Below are positions 43,022 through 53,237 of a DNA stretch of 64,000 nt, one piece after another. The stretch is taken from IMG/VR virus record IMGVR_UViG_3300016265_001297, positions 11,864 through 75,863 of that record; one strand, 5' to 3'. A program made the position numbers and the translations under genes. The notes under the pieces were generated by a model, which was not told the DNA's origin, did not search any database, and saw nothing but the letters and a program-made list of their open reading frames with translations. The number at the start of each line of letters is the position of its first letter. Position 1 is the first letter of the stretch. The DNA comes from a virus. Its lineage: Duplodnaviria > Caudoviricetes.

Positions 43022-43389
43022 GAGTTAGAGATTACAACATTGTGGAAACAGTAGAAGCATTTTGCGCCGCTCATAATGAACCAGTAGATACTGTAATTTA
43101 TGAGTGGCCTGCTTCTAAATTTGAGGCATTAAACAAAGCATTTCAAAAACGAGCATTAGCAGATGCTCTAAATGAAAAAAGAAGTTTAGAAATTGCTTCT
43201 TTGTATGCTAATGGAAATTTCGAAAATTCAGAACAAATGGAAAGCGCAATAAAATCAATTGGCTCAATGTATGGCAAAAGTATTGCCTCCCTTTATGGCG
43301 CTTTTGATATGGCTAGTGCTGATGAACAAGAAGAGTTTGACATTGATATGGAAGACCCATTCTTTGCAGCAATGAAGCTTGGTGAATAA
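42943..43389 (+). CDS. Tail assembly chaperone -1 frameshift extension (GT)
   Basis: -1 frame is open from T TTT TTT (FFYGADSEYSPEG...) through 43389. Confidence 0.7.
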   Translation, partial: FFYGADSEYSPEGKSGVELGFETYGLGVRDYNIVETVEAFCAAHNEPVDTVIYEWPASKFEALNKAFQKRALADALNEKRSLEIASLYANGNFENSEQMESAIKSIGSMYGKSIASLYGAFDMASADEQEEFDIDMEDPFFAAMKLGE

Positions 43390-46300
43390 TGGCTGAAAAT
43401 CGCTCTATAAATATTCTTGTCAATTTAATTGATAATGTAAGCGATAAAGCTGACAATATTCAGCGCAAATTAAACGGTCTTGAAAACCGTAAAAAAGCTT
43501 ATGAAAAAGCTGAAAAAGATGGCGATAAAAAACGCGCAGCCGAATTAAGAAAATCCTATAAAGAAGATAGAGAAGCAGCACTAGCTGAATTAGAAAAGTT
43601 AAATAAACAAAAAGAAAAATATCTCAGTAGGCTAGCCTCAGAAGAAGCAAAAGAAAGAGATAGGTCTGTTAAGGCCGCGCAAAAAGAATCTGATTCTAAA
43701 TTAAAAATTGCTGAAAAAGAAGCAGAGGCTAGAGCAACTTTAGCTAAAGCGGAAAGAGCAGAAAGAGAACAAGCTGCTAGAGCAAGCACTTTAAGGGTAG
43801 CGGCAGAGGAAAGAAAAGCAACATTAGCTTATCAAAAAGAATTAGATAGAAGAAATAGTTTATCTAGAAATGCTTCAAGGGTTAGGGCTGCTGGAGATAT
43901 AGCTAGGATTCAGGCAGAAGCAACAAGGGAAACAGAAAGTATTAGAAATGAAGCTAGAGCAGAAAATAGAAGATTAATTAGGCAAGAAAATGAATTAATT
44001 AAAATTCAAAGACAACAACAAATAGAATATGAAAGAACTGCTACATTTATGGGCAGGGCAAGATACCAGACAAAATTGTTGGGCGATGAATCTAATAGAT
44101 TAACAGTAAGGCTTTCAAGAGTAGGTTTGGCAGTAAGGGGCGTTGTTGTGGCAAATGCTCTAGTTTTTGCTAGAGCATTAATTTCAGTTTTTGTAGCGCT
44201 AGCTGGTCAGGCAGTAGCGCTAGCAGGGTCATTAGTTTATGCAGCGGGAGCATTAGGTGGAGCGTTTGTAGCAGCGGCTTCTCAAGCATTGCCAGTAATA
44301 GGCCTGTTAGGGGCTGCTATGAGCAGGCTATCAATTATTCAAGAGGCTGTAAATCAAAATGATTTAATGCAAAAACAACAGTTTGGAGATACGGGGGCTG
44401 CTGGAGCAGCTTCTGACGCTGCTCAACAAGTAGCAGACGCTCAAGACGCTGTAAAAGAAGCACAAGAAAATTTAACAAAAGCAAGACAAGACGCAAAAAG
44501 AGAATTAAGAGATTTAATTCTTAGCGAAAAAGAAGCCGAGCTAGCTTTTAAAAGGTCTGGTTTATCACAAAAAGAAGCAAGAGCAGCGCTAAAAGAAAGA
44601 ATTTCTACAGGAGAAGGCTCTTATCTTGAATTTCAAAGCGATATGTTGGCTGTTCCAGAGGCAAGGCTTTCTAGGCGGCGCTCACGCAATGAATTAACTG
44701 ACACAAGGCAAGACCTAGCAAAAGCATTAAAGGGCGGCATAGAGGGAATGGAGGGCGTTAAAAATGCTACTAAAGCCCTAGCAAGCGCTCAAAGGCAATT
44801 AGCGCAGGCTCAAGCCTCAGCTTCTTCTGGTATGGACTCGCAATCTGCCGCCGCAAGCAACTTACAATTTTTCCTTTCTCAGCTAACTCCTACCGAAAGA
44901 AAAATATATAAAGCATTTATTGGGTTTAGAGATAGATTTAGAGAAGTAATGAGCAGTGTAACAGATATTCTTTTCAAAAGCGTTTTGGGGTCATTTGGAA
45001 AAATAGAAAAAGCAATATTTAATCCAAGACTTCTTTCTGGCTTTAAAAATCTTTCTAGGTCAATAGGCGGAGCTTTTAAAGAACTAATAGGTGTAGTAAC
45101 AAGCAAAGAGTCACTTAATTTTTGGGATAAAACTTTAGGGAGAGCAGCTAGCAATATAAAGCCTCTAACTAGTATTGCAAAAAGTCTTTATAAAATATTT
45201 ATGAATATTGCTGACGCTGCTGGCCCTGCTTTTAAAGAAATTTTATCATTAATAAATGGCGAGTTTAAAAAATTTGAAAAAACAACAAATAATAAAAAAG
45301 GCGTAAGAGCATTTTTTGATACTGGAATAAAACAACTAAAAGCTTGGGGTAGATTAATAGGTTCTGTTATAGAGTTGTTTGCTGAACTATTTGGCGCTTC
45401 AAGTGAATCAGCGTTAAACACACTAGATGATTTAACTAAAAGAATTGATAAAGCCACGGCTTGGATTAGAGAAAATCCAAAACAAGTCCAAGAATTTTTT
45501 ATGGCTACTTCTGTCGCTTTTGGTTATTTGCTTGATATTGTAGAGCATGTAGGTGCCGCAATGTTAAGGCTATTTGATGCCGACACAATTGAAACTTTTT
45601 CAATTATTGTTGACGATGTTTTAATTCCAGCATTAGTCGGGGCGATTGAAACTTTTGCAGTAGTGGTAGAGCTTTTTGAAGCTTTTATTAGAATACCTTT
45701 TGTGCCTCAAGTTTTAGCTATGTTAGGTGCGGTTAAAATATTTACAGGTTCACTAGGACTTCTCTTGGCGTTGCTAAAAAGCTTGGTTATGCCACTTTGG
45801 AGATTTGCTAATGTTTTATTTCCTGCTGCTACCGCATCAATGAAAGCTTTCTTTGCTGCAGAAAACTGGAGTTATGCAGCGCTTAAAGAAACTTTTAAAA
45901 AAGCCGCTAGGGAAGTTTTGTTTTTTGTGCAATATGTAAAAAGCACAAATGTTGGTCAAGCCTTTGTTAATGCTTGGAATTCTACTGTAACTCCTTTCTT
46001 TGCAAATGTATTTCCTAAGCGCTTTAGAGGCTTTTTAGGAGGGAGGTTAAAAGGAATTGCTGGTAAAGTAGGAAAAGGCGCAGGTATTATTTTCGCTGCA
46101 GCAATGCTGGCTGGACTAGTTGATAGTTTAAGTGACGGAAAGTTCTTCATTAAGTTTGAAGAATTTAGTATAAAATTAGTTGCTTTATTAGTTGATGCTT
46201 TTGAAGCTGGAATAAATATAATTATTGGCGGGTTAAATAAATTAATTGATTTATTTAATAAAGTTAAGCCCGGGCCTGATATTAGTCCAGTTCAAGAAGT

Positions 46301-49300
46301 TGATTTTGGTATGGGCGAAAGAGCAAAAGAAATAATTTTTGCTCAAAAATTAAAAACAATTGAAGAAGAAATTAACGCTTTAAGGGCTAGCGGCAACGCA
46401 AAAACAAGTGAAGCTGTTAGAAACAGAATTAAAGGGCTAGAAAAAGAAAGAGAATCTGTAATAAACAGGTATAGAAAAGAAAAAGAGCTACAACAATCAC
46501 TTGAAAAAGGCAAGAGAGCCTTAGGTGGGGCTGATGTATCTCCCATAACACCTAGATATGATAGGCAACAGCAAAGAAGAATGTTCGGTCCTGACTTAAT
46601 TCCTCGTAGCGGTGATGAAAAAAGAACTTCTAAAGAAACTAAAGAAATTGAAAAAAATACAGAAGCTAAAAAAGAAAATGCTAAAGCAACAATGCGTTTG
46701 GCTAATCGTCAAGAAGATTCTGCAACAGCTACTAGGAAAGCAGCTAGAAGACAATCTGAACAAAGAGAAGAAGTTAAAAGAAATCGTTTTCAGCAAGCTT
46801 TACTTGGAAACAAGCTAGAAGAAAATAAAGACGCTCAAAATAAGTTTGATAAGGCGACTAGTAGAGCAACAAAGCAATCTGATTCACAAAGGAAAGGAGC
46901 TAAAAAGCTAAGTAAAGGCTTAGGCTCTCTTGATAAAGTTGTTCGTGGTGTAGGCGGGAACTCTCGCGGGCTAGGAAAAATCTTTGGCGATGTTACTAAC
47001 AAGGTTCTTTCTCAGTTTGGTGTTAAAAAACTTTCGTTCAGCCTTCCGTCAGTAGAATCAGTATTTGAAGCCGCAACAGATATTGTAGGCGGCGCTTTTG
47101 CCGAAGGTGGTTATTTCGGAGATAAATCATTAAGAAACCGTGATGATAGACTAATTGCGGTAGCCGGTGGAGAAGCAATTCTTACTGGTTATCATCAGCC
47201 AGAAGTTAATAAAGCTATGGCGTTTGCTAATGCTTATGGCGTTTCTAGGTTTAATAGTCTTGATTCTATGTTTAGCGGAGAAAAGCGTCCACATTATACA
47301 GCGCCGGGTTACAATACTGGCGGCAGAGTACCGGGATTTGCTACTGGAGGATACCCCGGACTTACTGGCGACCTAGACTTCGGTGTTCCTCTCGGACGCG
47401 CTCTTTCAAGAATGGCTATTTCTACTGGCACTCCTATTTATGTTCAGGATGGCGGAAGAACTATGGCTGAACAGGCAATTCTTTATCAAAGATGGTTAGA
47501 CGGAACAGGAAACTTAGCTGCCGCGCCTAATGCTAATGCTCCACATATTAGGGGTATTGCTGCTGACATTACTCCCGGCAGTGAGGTTTTTGGAAGTGTT
47601 GCTGGAAGGTTCGGACTTGGATTCACAGTACCCGGCGAATCTTGGCACATTGAATTATTAAGCGGTGAAAGTTTCGGTATGGGCGGCGCAGGAATGGTTG
47701 CTCCGCAAATTAAAAAGATTGAGATTAAAGGTCCAGATGGTCCATACAAGAGTATGCTAACTGGAGAAGAAAAGGTATTAAGAGAAGCAGCTAACGAATA
47801 CTTAAAAGCTAATTTGCCAACAGATGAGGGCGGCACTCTACCAATATCTGTTCAAAACATAGAAGACTTTAGTGCTATTAATAGAATTTTCCCTGAACAT
47901 AACTCAGCTTATGGAGATTGGGGAGGAACTAAGCTTCCATTTAACTTAGTTGCTGCTCTTGCACAGGCAGTAGGCCTGCCCGGAATTACTTTTGCTCAGA
48001 TTGCTATTGGTGAATCAGGATTGCGTCCCGGCGCTACAGGCATTGACCCCGGAGGAACTAAGGGTCTAGGCTTGTGGATGATCACAACCGGATATAACGA
48101 TGAACTAATTGCTCAGTTTGGCGGTCAAGCTCAGATGCGTAACCCAGTTAAAAACGCTATGGCCGCTAAGATGATTTATGATAGTCAGGGAACTGGAGCT
48201 TGGTACGGAACAGGATTTGTTACTGACTTTAATAATCCTTATACTGGAAAGGTTCCTTCAATTGGTCGTAAACAAACTGGCGGTGAAATTCCTGAATTTA
48301 ATGACGGCGGTGTTGTGCCGGGTAGAATGGGAGAGCCAGTTATTGCAAGAGTGCATGCTGGAGAAACAATTCTGCCAACTCATAGAAGGTTTGCAGGGGG
48401 AGGAAATGTTCCTAGCTCAAATAACAACAACGCAGATAAAGAGTGGCAAAAAGATTGGAAAAAGGGAGAAGCAAAAGAAGATGATAAAAAGAAAGAGTGG
48501 ACTCCAAAGCCAGCAGAAATGTTCACAAAAGGCTTTTTGGGAGGCCTTGAAGAACTAAGCGCTGCGTTTAGAGGAATTAGCGTAGCTTTAACTAAATCTG
48601 AGTTTGCAAAGAAATCAAAAACAATCAAGGAAGAAATTAAAAACCTTGATAAAAGACTTGAAAAATTCTTTGACGCAATTGGTACTGCTGGACGAGAGTT
48701 TGAAGAGCTTGTAACAGACCAAACTAGAAAATTAAACCTTTGGGCTTATAAGGTTATCGGAGGATATGCTTCTCAAGTTAAAACAACTGAACAAATATCT
48801 CAAAGAGAGCTTGAAAATCTTAAACAGCAAAGCAAATATTTAAGAAATCAAGAACGAATGATTGAAAATACTTATAGAGACTTACAAAAAGAATTTAAGG
48901 GAACTGATAAAGAGCAAAAGAAGCTTCGGCAAAAACTTCGCTTTGCAATGAGAAAAGCCAGAGGCGAAATGCAAAATATTCAAGATAAAATGATTGAAAA
49001 CATTCAGGCTCAAATTGAAGCTCAAAGAACTGCTTTCGATGAAGCTATGGCAAAATTTGATGTTAAGCGGTCAATACTTGATGTTAAGTTAAGAATTCAA
49101 GAAGCTTTAGGCGAAGTAGATATGAAAACAAGAAAAGAGGAACTACAAAAACAGCTTGACGAAGCTAAAGCAGCAGGCGATCAAGGTAGGGTTGATGAAC
49201 TAACAAAACAAATTAGTGATATTGAAAGCGGCAAAAATCCCAATCAGCAAGCAATGATTGATTTAATTAATCAAGACACTAATGTTTTACAAGCTGCAAG

Positions 49301-49793
49301 AAAAAGAATTCAAAAAGACTTAGCTAAAGCAAGAAAAGCTGGCGACCAACAAAGAGTTGATGAATTAACACAGCAGTTATTAGACAACCAGCTTGCTATA
49401 ATAGAGAATAACCTTAGAATAAAAGAACTAACGGAGGCTACCGAAGACAACACAGAGACTACCGAAGAAAATACACAGGAAACCTTTAACTTTACTTCTA
49501 CAGCTTGGGATAAATTTAGGTTTGCAGTATTACAAGGAACAGGAGTAAGCCCAGACCTTACTGGAACAATTCCTCAAATGGCTTCTGGAGGATTTGTTTC
49601 AAGAGAAGGCTTGGCATACCTACACTCAGCAGAGGTTGTGGTGCCTGCTGGACAGGCAGATAAATTTATGAGTATGGGTTCAGGTGGTCCGTTAGTAGAA
49701 AATATTAACTTTACACAACCTATGGAAGTAGCAGACCCGATTGCTGTAAGCAATCAGATCGGATTTAAACTATCAACACTAAAATCTTTATAA
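43389..49793 (+). CDS. Tape measure protein with C-terminal M15-like peptidase and lysozyme/SLT-like domains
   Basis: 2134 aa helical; RTMAEQ..LY...APHIRGIAAD..ESWHIEL; IAIGESG...GLGLWMI...KNAMAAK. Confidence 0.92.
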   Translation: MAENRSINILVNLIDNVSDKADNIQRKLNGLENRKKAYEKAEKDGDKKRAAELRKSYKEDREAALAELEKLNKQKEKYLSRLASEEAKERDRSVKAAQKESDSKLKIAEKEAEARATLAKAERAEREQAARASTLRVAAEERKATLAYQKELDRRNSLSRNASRVRAAGDIARIQAEATRETESIRNEARAENRRLIRQENELIKIQRQQQIEYERTATFMGRARYQTKLLGDESNRLTVRLSRVGLAVRGVVVANALVFARALISVFVALAGQAVALAGSLVYAAGALGGAFVAAASQALPVIGLLGAAMSRLSIIQEAVNQNDLMQKQQFGDTGAAGAASDAAQQVADAQDAVKEAQENLTKARQDAKRELRDLILSEKEAELAFKRSGLSQKEARAALKERISTGEGSYLEFQSDMLAVPEARLSRRRSRNELTDTRQDLAKALKGGIEGMEGVKNATKALASAQRQLAQAQASASSGMDSQSAAASNLQFFLSQLTPTERKIYKAFIGFRDRFREVMSSVTDILFKSVLGSFGKIEKAIFNPRLLSGFKNLSRSIGGAFKELIGVVTSKESLNFWDKTLGRAASNIKPLTSIAKSLYKIFMNIADAAGPAFKEILSLINGEFKKFEKTTNNKKGVRAFFDTGIKQLKAWGRLIGSVIELFAELFGASSESALNTLDDLTKRIDKATAWIRENPKQVQEFFMATSVAFGYLLDIVEHVGAAMLRLFDADTIETFSIIVDDVLIPALVGAIETFAVVVELFEAFIRIPFVPQVLAMLGAVKIFTGSLGLLLALLKSLVMPLWRFANVLFPAATASMKAFFAAENWSYAALKETFKKAAREVLFFVQYVKSTNVGQAFVNAWNSTVTPFFANVFPKRFRGFLGGRLKGIAGKVGKGAGIIFAAAMLAGLVDSLSDGKFFIKFEEFSIKLVALLVDAFEAGINIIIGGLNKLIDLFNKVKPGPDISPVQEVDFGMGERAKEIIFAQKLKTIEEEINALRASGNAKTSEAVRNRIKGLEKERESVINRYRKEKELQQSLEKGKRALGGADVSPITPRYDRQQQRRMFGPDLIPRSGDEKRTSKETKEIEKNTEAKKENAKATMRLANRQEDSATATRKAARRQSEQREEVKRNRFQQALLGNKLEENKDAQNKFDKATSRATKQSDSQRKGAKKLSKGLGSLDKVVRGVGGNSRGLGKIFGDVTNKVLSQFGVKKLSFSLPSVESVFEAATDIVGGAFAEGGYFGDKSLRNRDDRLIAVAGGEAILTGYHQPEVNKAMAFANAYGVSRFNSLDSMFSGEKRPHYTAPGYNTGGRVPGFATGGYPGLTGDLDFGVPLGRALSRMAISTGTPIYVQDGGRTMAEQAILYQRWLDGTGNLAAAPNANAPHIRGIAADITPGSEVFGSVAGRFGLGFTVPGESWHIELLSGESFGMGGAGMVAPQIKKIEIKGPDGPYKSMLTGEEKVLREAANEYLKANLPTDEGGTLPISVQNIEDFSAINRIFPEHNSAYGDWGGTKLPFNLVAALAQAVGLPGITFAQIAIGESGLRPGATGIDPGGTKGLGLWMITTGYNDELIAQFGGQAQMRNPVKNAMAAKMIYDSQGTGAWYGTGFVTDFNNPYTGKVPSIGRKQTGGEIPEFNDGGVVPGRMGEPVIARVHAGETILPTHRRFAGGGNVPSSNNNNADKEWQKDWKKGEAKEDDKKKEWTPKPAEMFTKGFLGGLEELSAAFRGISVALTKSEFAKKSKTIKEEIKNLDKRLEKFFDAIGTAGREFEELVTDQTRKLNLWAYKVIGGYASQVKTTEQISQRELENLKQQSKYLRNQERMIENTYRDLQKEFKGTDKEQKKLRQKLRFAMRKARGEMQNIQDKMIENIQAQIEAQRTAFDEAMAKFDVKRSILDVKLRIQEALGEVDMKTRKEELQKQLDEAKAAGDQGRVDELTKQISDIESGKNPNQQAMIDLINQDTNVLQAARKRIQKDLAKARKAGDQQRVDELTQQLLDNQLAIIENNLRIKELTEATEDNTETTEENTQETFNFTSTAWDKFRFAVLQGTGVSPDLTGTIPQMASGGFVSREGLAYLHSAEVVVPAGQADKFMSMGSGGPLVENINFTQPMEVADPIAVSNQIGFKLSTLKSL

Positions 49794-49805
49794 AGAAGGA
49801 GAATT

Positions 49806-50633
49806 ATGGCACAAAGATCAGGATTTGATGCGGTTTTCCTAAATGATCAAGGCCAACCGCTCACAGATTTAAATATTAGGGTTTTAGACGGAAACGGCAA
49901 TCAGGTTCAAGTATATGAAACAAAAACCGGCACTAGTCTAAAACCGCAGCCTATTACTACTATTTCAGCTAACAAAGGACTAGTTCAATTTTGGGCTGAC
50001 CCCGGATATTATCAAGTAGAAGTTTCAGATACACAGATTCCAGCTAGAATTGCAACAAGAGTAGTTCCTTTTGACGCAGTTGCTGGTGACACTACTTTAG
50101 GAGCAGAAGGCATTAGTCTTTCTCAAGTACCTACTGTAACAAACTCAAAAATTGGTGAAGCAGCAATTACAGAATCAAAAATTGGTGATCGTCAAGTAGG
50201 AACCCTTAAAATTAAACAAAAAGCAGTTGACTGGGGAGAAATTAATGATAATGCTATCCGCGCAAATCATATTTTAGACGGTCAAGTTACTGGAACTAAA
50301 GTAGATTTAACTAGGTATAAAGCAACTTTAGGATATAATGCTTCTCCAGCAAATCTTGGCTGGAATGATTACTTGCATTTAACTATGCCCGCAGGAATTT
50401 ATTTTTTGATGGTAAGCGGTTCTTATTCTAATAATGCAGAATATACTGCTCAAATAACAATGACTGATGGGTATCACTTTAGTACCTATGGCATTGATGT
50501 AGCTAGGAATAGCTCTTTTGCTAGGCAAGATATTACTTACACAAATGGAAATGTTAGATTTTCTATTTACCCATATGGCGGAAAAGCTGGACTTGCTGCT
50601 GGAACTCAAATGACCGCAATAAGGATAGGATAA
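49806..50633 (+). CDS. Minor tail/structural protein
   Basis: In tail operon; Ig-like N-terminus, ITESKIG repeats. Confidence 0.6.
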   Translation: MAQRSGFDAVFLNDQGQPLTDLNIRVLDGNGNQVQVYETKTGTSLKPQPITTISANKGLVQFWADPGYYQVEVSDTQIPARIATRVVPFDAVAGDTTLGAEGISLSQVPTVTNSKIGEAAITESKIGDRQVGTLKIKQKAVDWGEINDNAIRANHILDGQVTGTKVDLTRYKATLGYNASPANLGWNDYLHLTMPAGIYFLMVSGSYSNNAEYTAQITMTDGYHFSTYGIDVARNSSFARQDITYTNGNVRFSIYPYGGKAGLAAGTQMTAIRIG

Positions 50634-50635
50634 TT

Positions 50636-51052
50636 ATGACTATTGAAGAAATTAAAAATTTAATGGAAAGCCTAACCGACTATTCAGATTCTGAAACAAA
50701 GGCTACTCTTGAATTAAAAGCTAGTGTTCATGAAGAGATTAGGCAAGAATATGTTATTAACGCCGACATTATTTTAGACAAAGAAAAAGTTGGAGAAATT
50801 ATTTTTACATTTTTAATTGATAAAAATTCTCTAAAGCTTTCTTATTCTGATATGAGCGAAGAATTGATTGGTCAAGGTATCGGAGGAAGATATGTAGAAT
50901 ATGCAACAAATAAAGCTTCTCAAGCTGGCGCTGATTATATTTTCGCTAATGCTGTAAGTGATGTTGCAAAAAATATGTATGTTTCTGCTGGCTGGACTAC
51001 AGCGCCTTCTGAGCTAGGCGATGCTGGCGAAATTTTAGCATTAAAACTATAA
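50636..51052 (+). CDS. GNAT-fold acetyltransferase-like protein
   Basis: EELIGQGIGGRYVEYA motif A; A.NMY..AGW motif B. Confidence 0.6.
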   Translation: MTIEEIKNLMESLTDYSDSETKATLELKASVHEEIRQEYVINADIILDKEKVGEIIFTFLIDKNSLKLSYSDMSEELIGQGIGGRYVEYATNKASQAGADYIFANAVSDVAKNMYVSAGWTTAPSELGDAGEILALKL

Positions 51053-51053
51053 A

Positions 51054-53237
51054 ATGACTAAGCAGTATATAACTTATCCAACTAGTGATAACTATAAGTG
51101 GCAAGGCGACCCTGATGTTTCACTAGTTGGTACTGGTTACTCTGTTCCTAGAGGAATTGAGGCTATCCTAAGTTATAATGGTGTTGTTTTTAATGATACC
51201 TCTGTAGTTGATAAATATAGAGTTTTAAGCATTGACGGCCTAGCTGACCCTGATATTAGAGATAGCCGCGAAGATGTTCCCGGTGATGATGGTGAAGATG
51301 CCTACGATGCTTATTATGGCGGAAGAACGATTGTAATAAGATTAAGAATTGAAGCTTTTCAGCTAGATAAACTAAGGGATATGGAAGAGGCTTTAAGAAC
51401 TGCTTTTGCTGTAATTGAAGAAAAGCCTCTTTACTTTCTTACTGACGACCCTGAAAAAGATCACTATATTAATTGTAGAAAATCTGCTTCATTGTCTAAA
51501 GAAGATAATGTTCAAACTTTTGGTCAAAGGCACTTTAGAGAATGGCAAATTACTCTCCGGGCTTCTGACCCTAGATTTTATAGAGTAAAGAAAAAGTTTT
51601 TAAGCCGGTTTATTAATAGAGGCCCAACTGAATTAAATAACTCTTCTTCTTCTGGTTTTGGATATAGCACATACAGAAAAAATTTAACTGATAGCGTTCC
51701 AACTTTTGCTATTTCTTTAGGAGAAACTAGCGGAACAACTAATCTTTCTTCTGCTTCACATACAATTAATACTTCTGGAAGTGTCACTGTTGGTAATTAT
51801 CCTTTAGGCGTTTTCGGGAATGAAAACGATGGCGCTACTACTTTTGACAATATTGACGATAGCATAACTACAAATTATCAATGGTGTTCAAATACATTAG
51901 ACAGAACATTATCTATTTGGTTTAGGCCAGAAGATATTCCTTTAACTTCTGGTGCGCCTGCTTCTGGAACCTCTGCTTCTCAGGCTTCTGCTTCATCTGC
52001 TGTATATACATTGTTTGGGAGCGACAATTCTTCTGGTGGTCAAATAGGTATAAATAGCAGTGGTCAAGTATTTTTACAAACTCATACTAGCAGCGCTTCT
52101 ACTAGAACTTTCTTTGGCGCTACTGCAGATCAAAATAAATGGAATCATTTAGCTATGATTGTAAATAGAAGCTCGGCAACTGACAATGCTACTTTATATT
52201 TAAACGGAAAACTTATAAGTACAGTCAATATTCCTAATTATGGCAATACTACAGCAAACTTATTAATTGGAGCTAGGTCTGCTGGCGGTGTGCCGCTTGA
52301 TGTATTTAAGGGCCAACTAGCTTATCCTGCTGTTCATGCCGCTAAACTAACAGAAAATCAATTAAAAAGCTATTTTGTTAATATACAATTATTTAGCGAC
52401 TATTCTATTGTTGATGAAAATGTTCAAGTTTTTGTTAATGAAGACTGGCCGGGTATGTCTTCTTCTGGCACAACTTCTTTGCAAGCTAAATTTACTAACA
52501 ATGAAGATAACTATTTCAAAATAGCTAAAAACTTTAGTAGCGCTATTTCTGTTGGCGAAACTTATTCTTTTTCTGGAGAAATTAAATACACTAGAGTTTC
52601 AGAAATGGGAGTTGAAGTTTATAAGTCAATAGACCCATCAAGAATAAGTGATTTTACTTTAAGAGTAGCTCTTGTTTTTTACACAGAAGCAATGAATGTA
52701 GTTGGAGAAAAATATATAGAATATACGCTAGATGCAAATAAAACTTTTAAATTTAATATTTCAGATAAATTTCCTGCTACAGCAAGCATCTTAGGCATGG
52801 AAATTGACGCTGTTTCTCTTGAGGATGTAACAACTATTAGTATTGATAATCTATCTTTAAGAACATCTGAAACATTTCCAGAGTTAGGCTATGTTAACTT
52901 AACGACTGTAGGAAATTATAATTCTTATCCTGTTATTTACCTAACTGGTCCAATGACAGCAACAGAAATTATTAACGAAAACTCTTCTGAGCCTTTTAAC
53001 AATATTAAATTTAAAAACACAGTAACAATTCCAAGCAGCGGATTTTATAAGATTGATACAAAAAATAAAACTATTGTTGACCAGCTTGATAATAATAAAA
53101 TTTCTGAATTAGACCCCACTTCTGGTTGGCTAAGATTAATGCCCGGAGAAAATAAAATATCTTTTTCGTCTGGAACTAATTTAAGTTCTGCTGCTGGTGT
53201 TCAAATTGCTGCCGACTGGCAGGATGCTTGGATATAA
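51054..53237 (+). CDS. Distal tail protein (Dit) with inserted LamG-like and carbohydrate-binding-like domains
   Basis: DGL..P.IR..R..PG.DG, YGGRTI, ASDPRFY, L.PGEN.I; insert has TLSIWF, WNHLA, LYLNG. Confidence 0.8.
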   Translation: MTKQYITYPTSDNYKWQGDPDVSLVGTGYSVPRGIEAILSYNGVVFNDTSVVDKYRVLSIDGLADPDIRDSREDVPGDDGEDAYDAYYGGRTIVIRLRIEAFQLDKLRDMEEALRTAFAVIEEKPLYFLTDDPEKDHYINCRKSASLSKEDNVQTFGQRHFREWQITLRASDPRFYRVKKKFLSRFINRGPTELNNSSSSGFGYSTYRKNLTDSVPTFAISLGETSGTTNLSSASHTINTSGSVTVGNYPLGVFGNENDGATTFDNIDDSITTNYQWCSNTLDRTLSIWFRPEDIPLTSGAPASGTSASQASASSAVYTLFGSDNSSGGQIGINSSGQVFLQTHTSSASTRTFFGATADQNKWNHLAMIVNRSSATDNATLYLNGKLISTVNIPNYGNTTANLLIGARSAGGVPLDVFKGQLAYPAVHAAKLTENQLKSYFVNIQLFSDYSIVDENVQVFVNEDWPGMSSSGTTSLQAKFTNNEDNYFKIAKNFSSAISVGETYSFSGEIKYTRVSEMGVEVYKSIDPSRISDFTLRVALVFYTEAMNVVGEKYIEYTLDANKTFKFNISDKFPATASILGMEIDAVSLEDVTTISIDNLSLRTSETFPELGYVNLTTVGNYNSYPVIYLTGPMTATEIINENSSEPFNNIKFKNTVTIPSSGFYKIDTKNKTIVDQLDNNKISELDPTSGWLRLMPGENKISFSSGTNLSSAAGVQIAADWQDAWI

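Noticed and set aside
31002-48628. Minus-strand ORFs within structural genes (e.g. 31002-31421, 47486-47836)
   Set aside because: Shadows of strongly codon-biased + genes.
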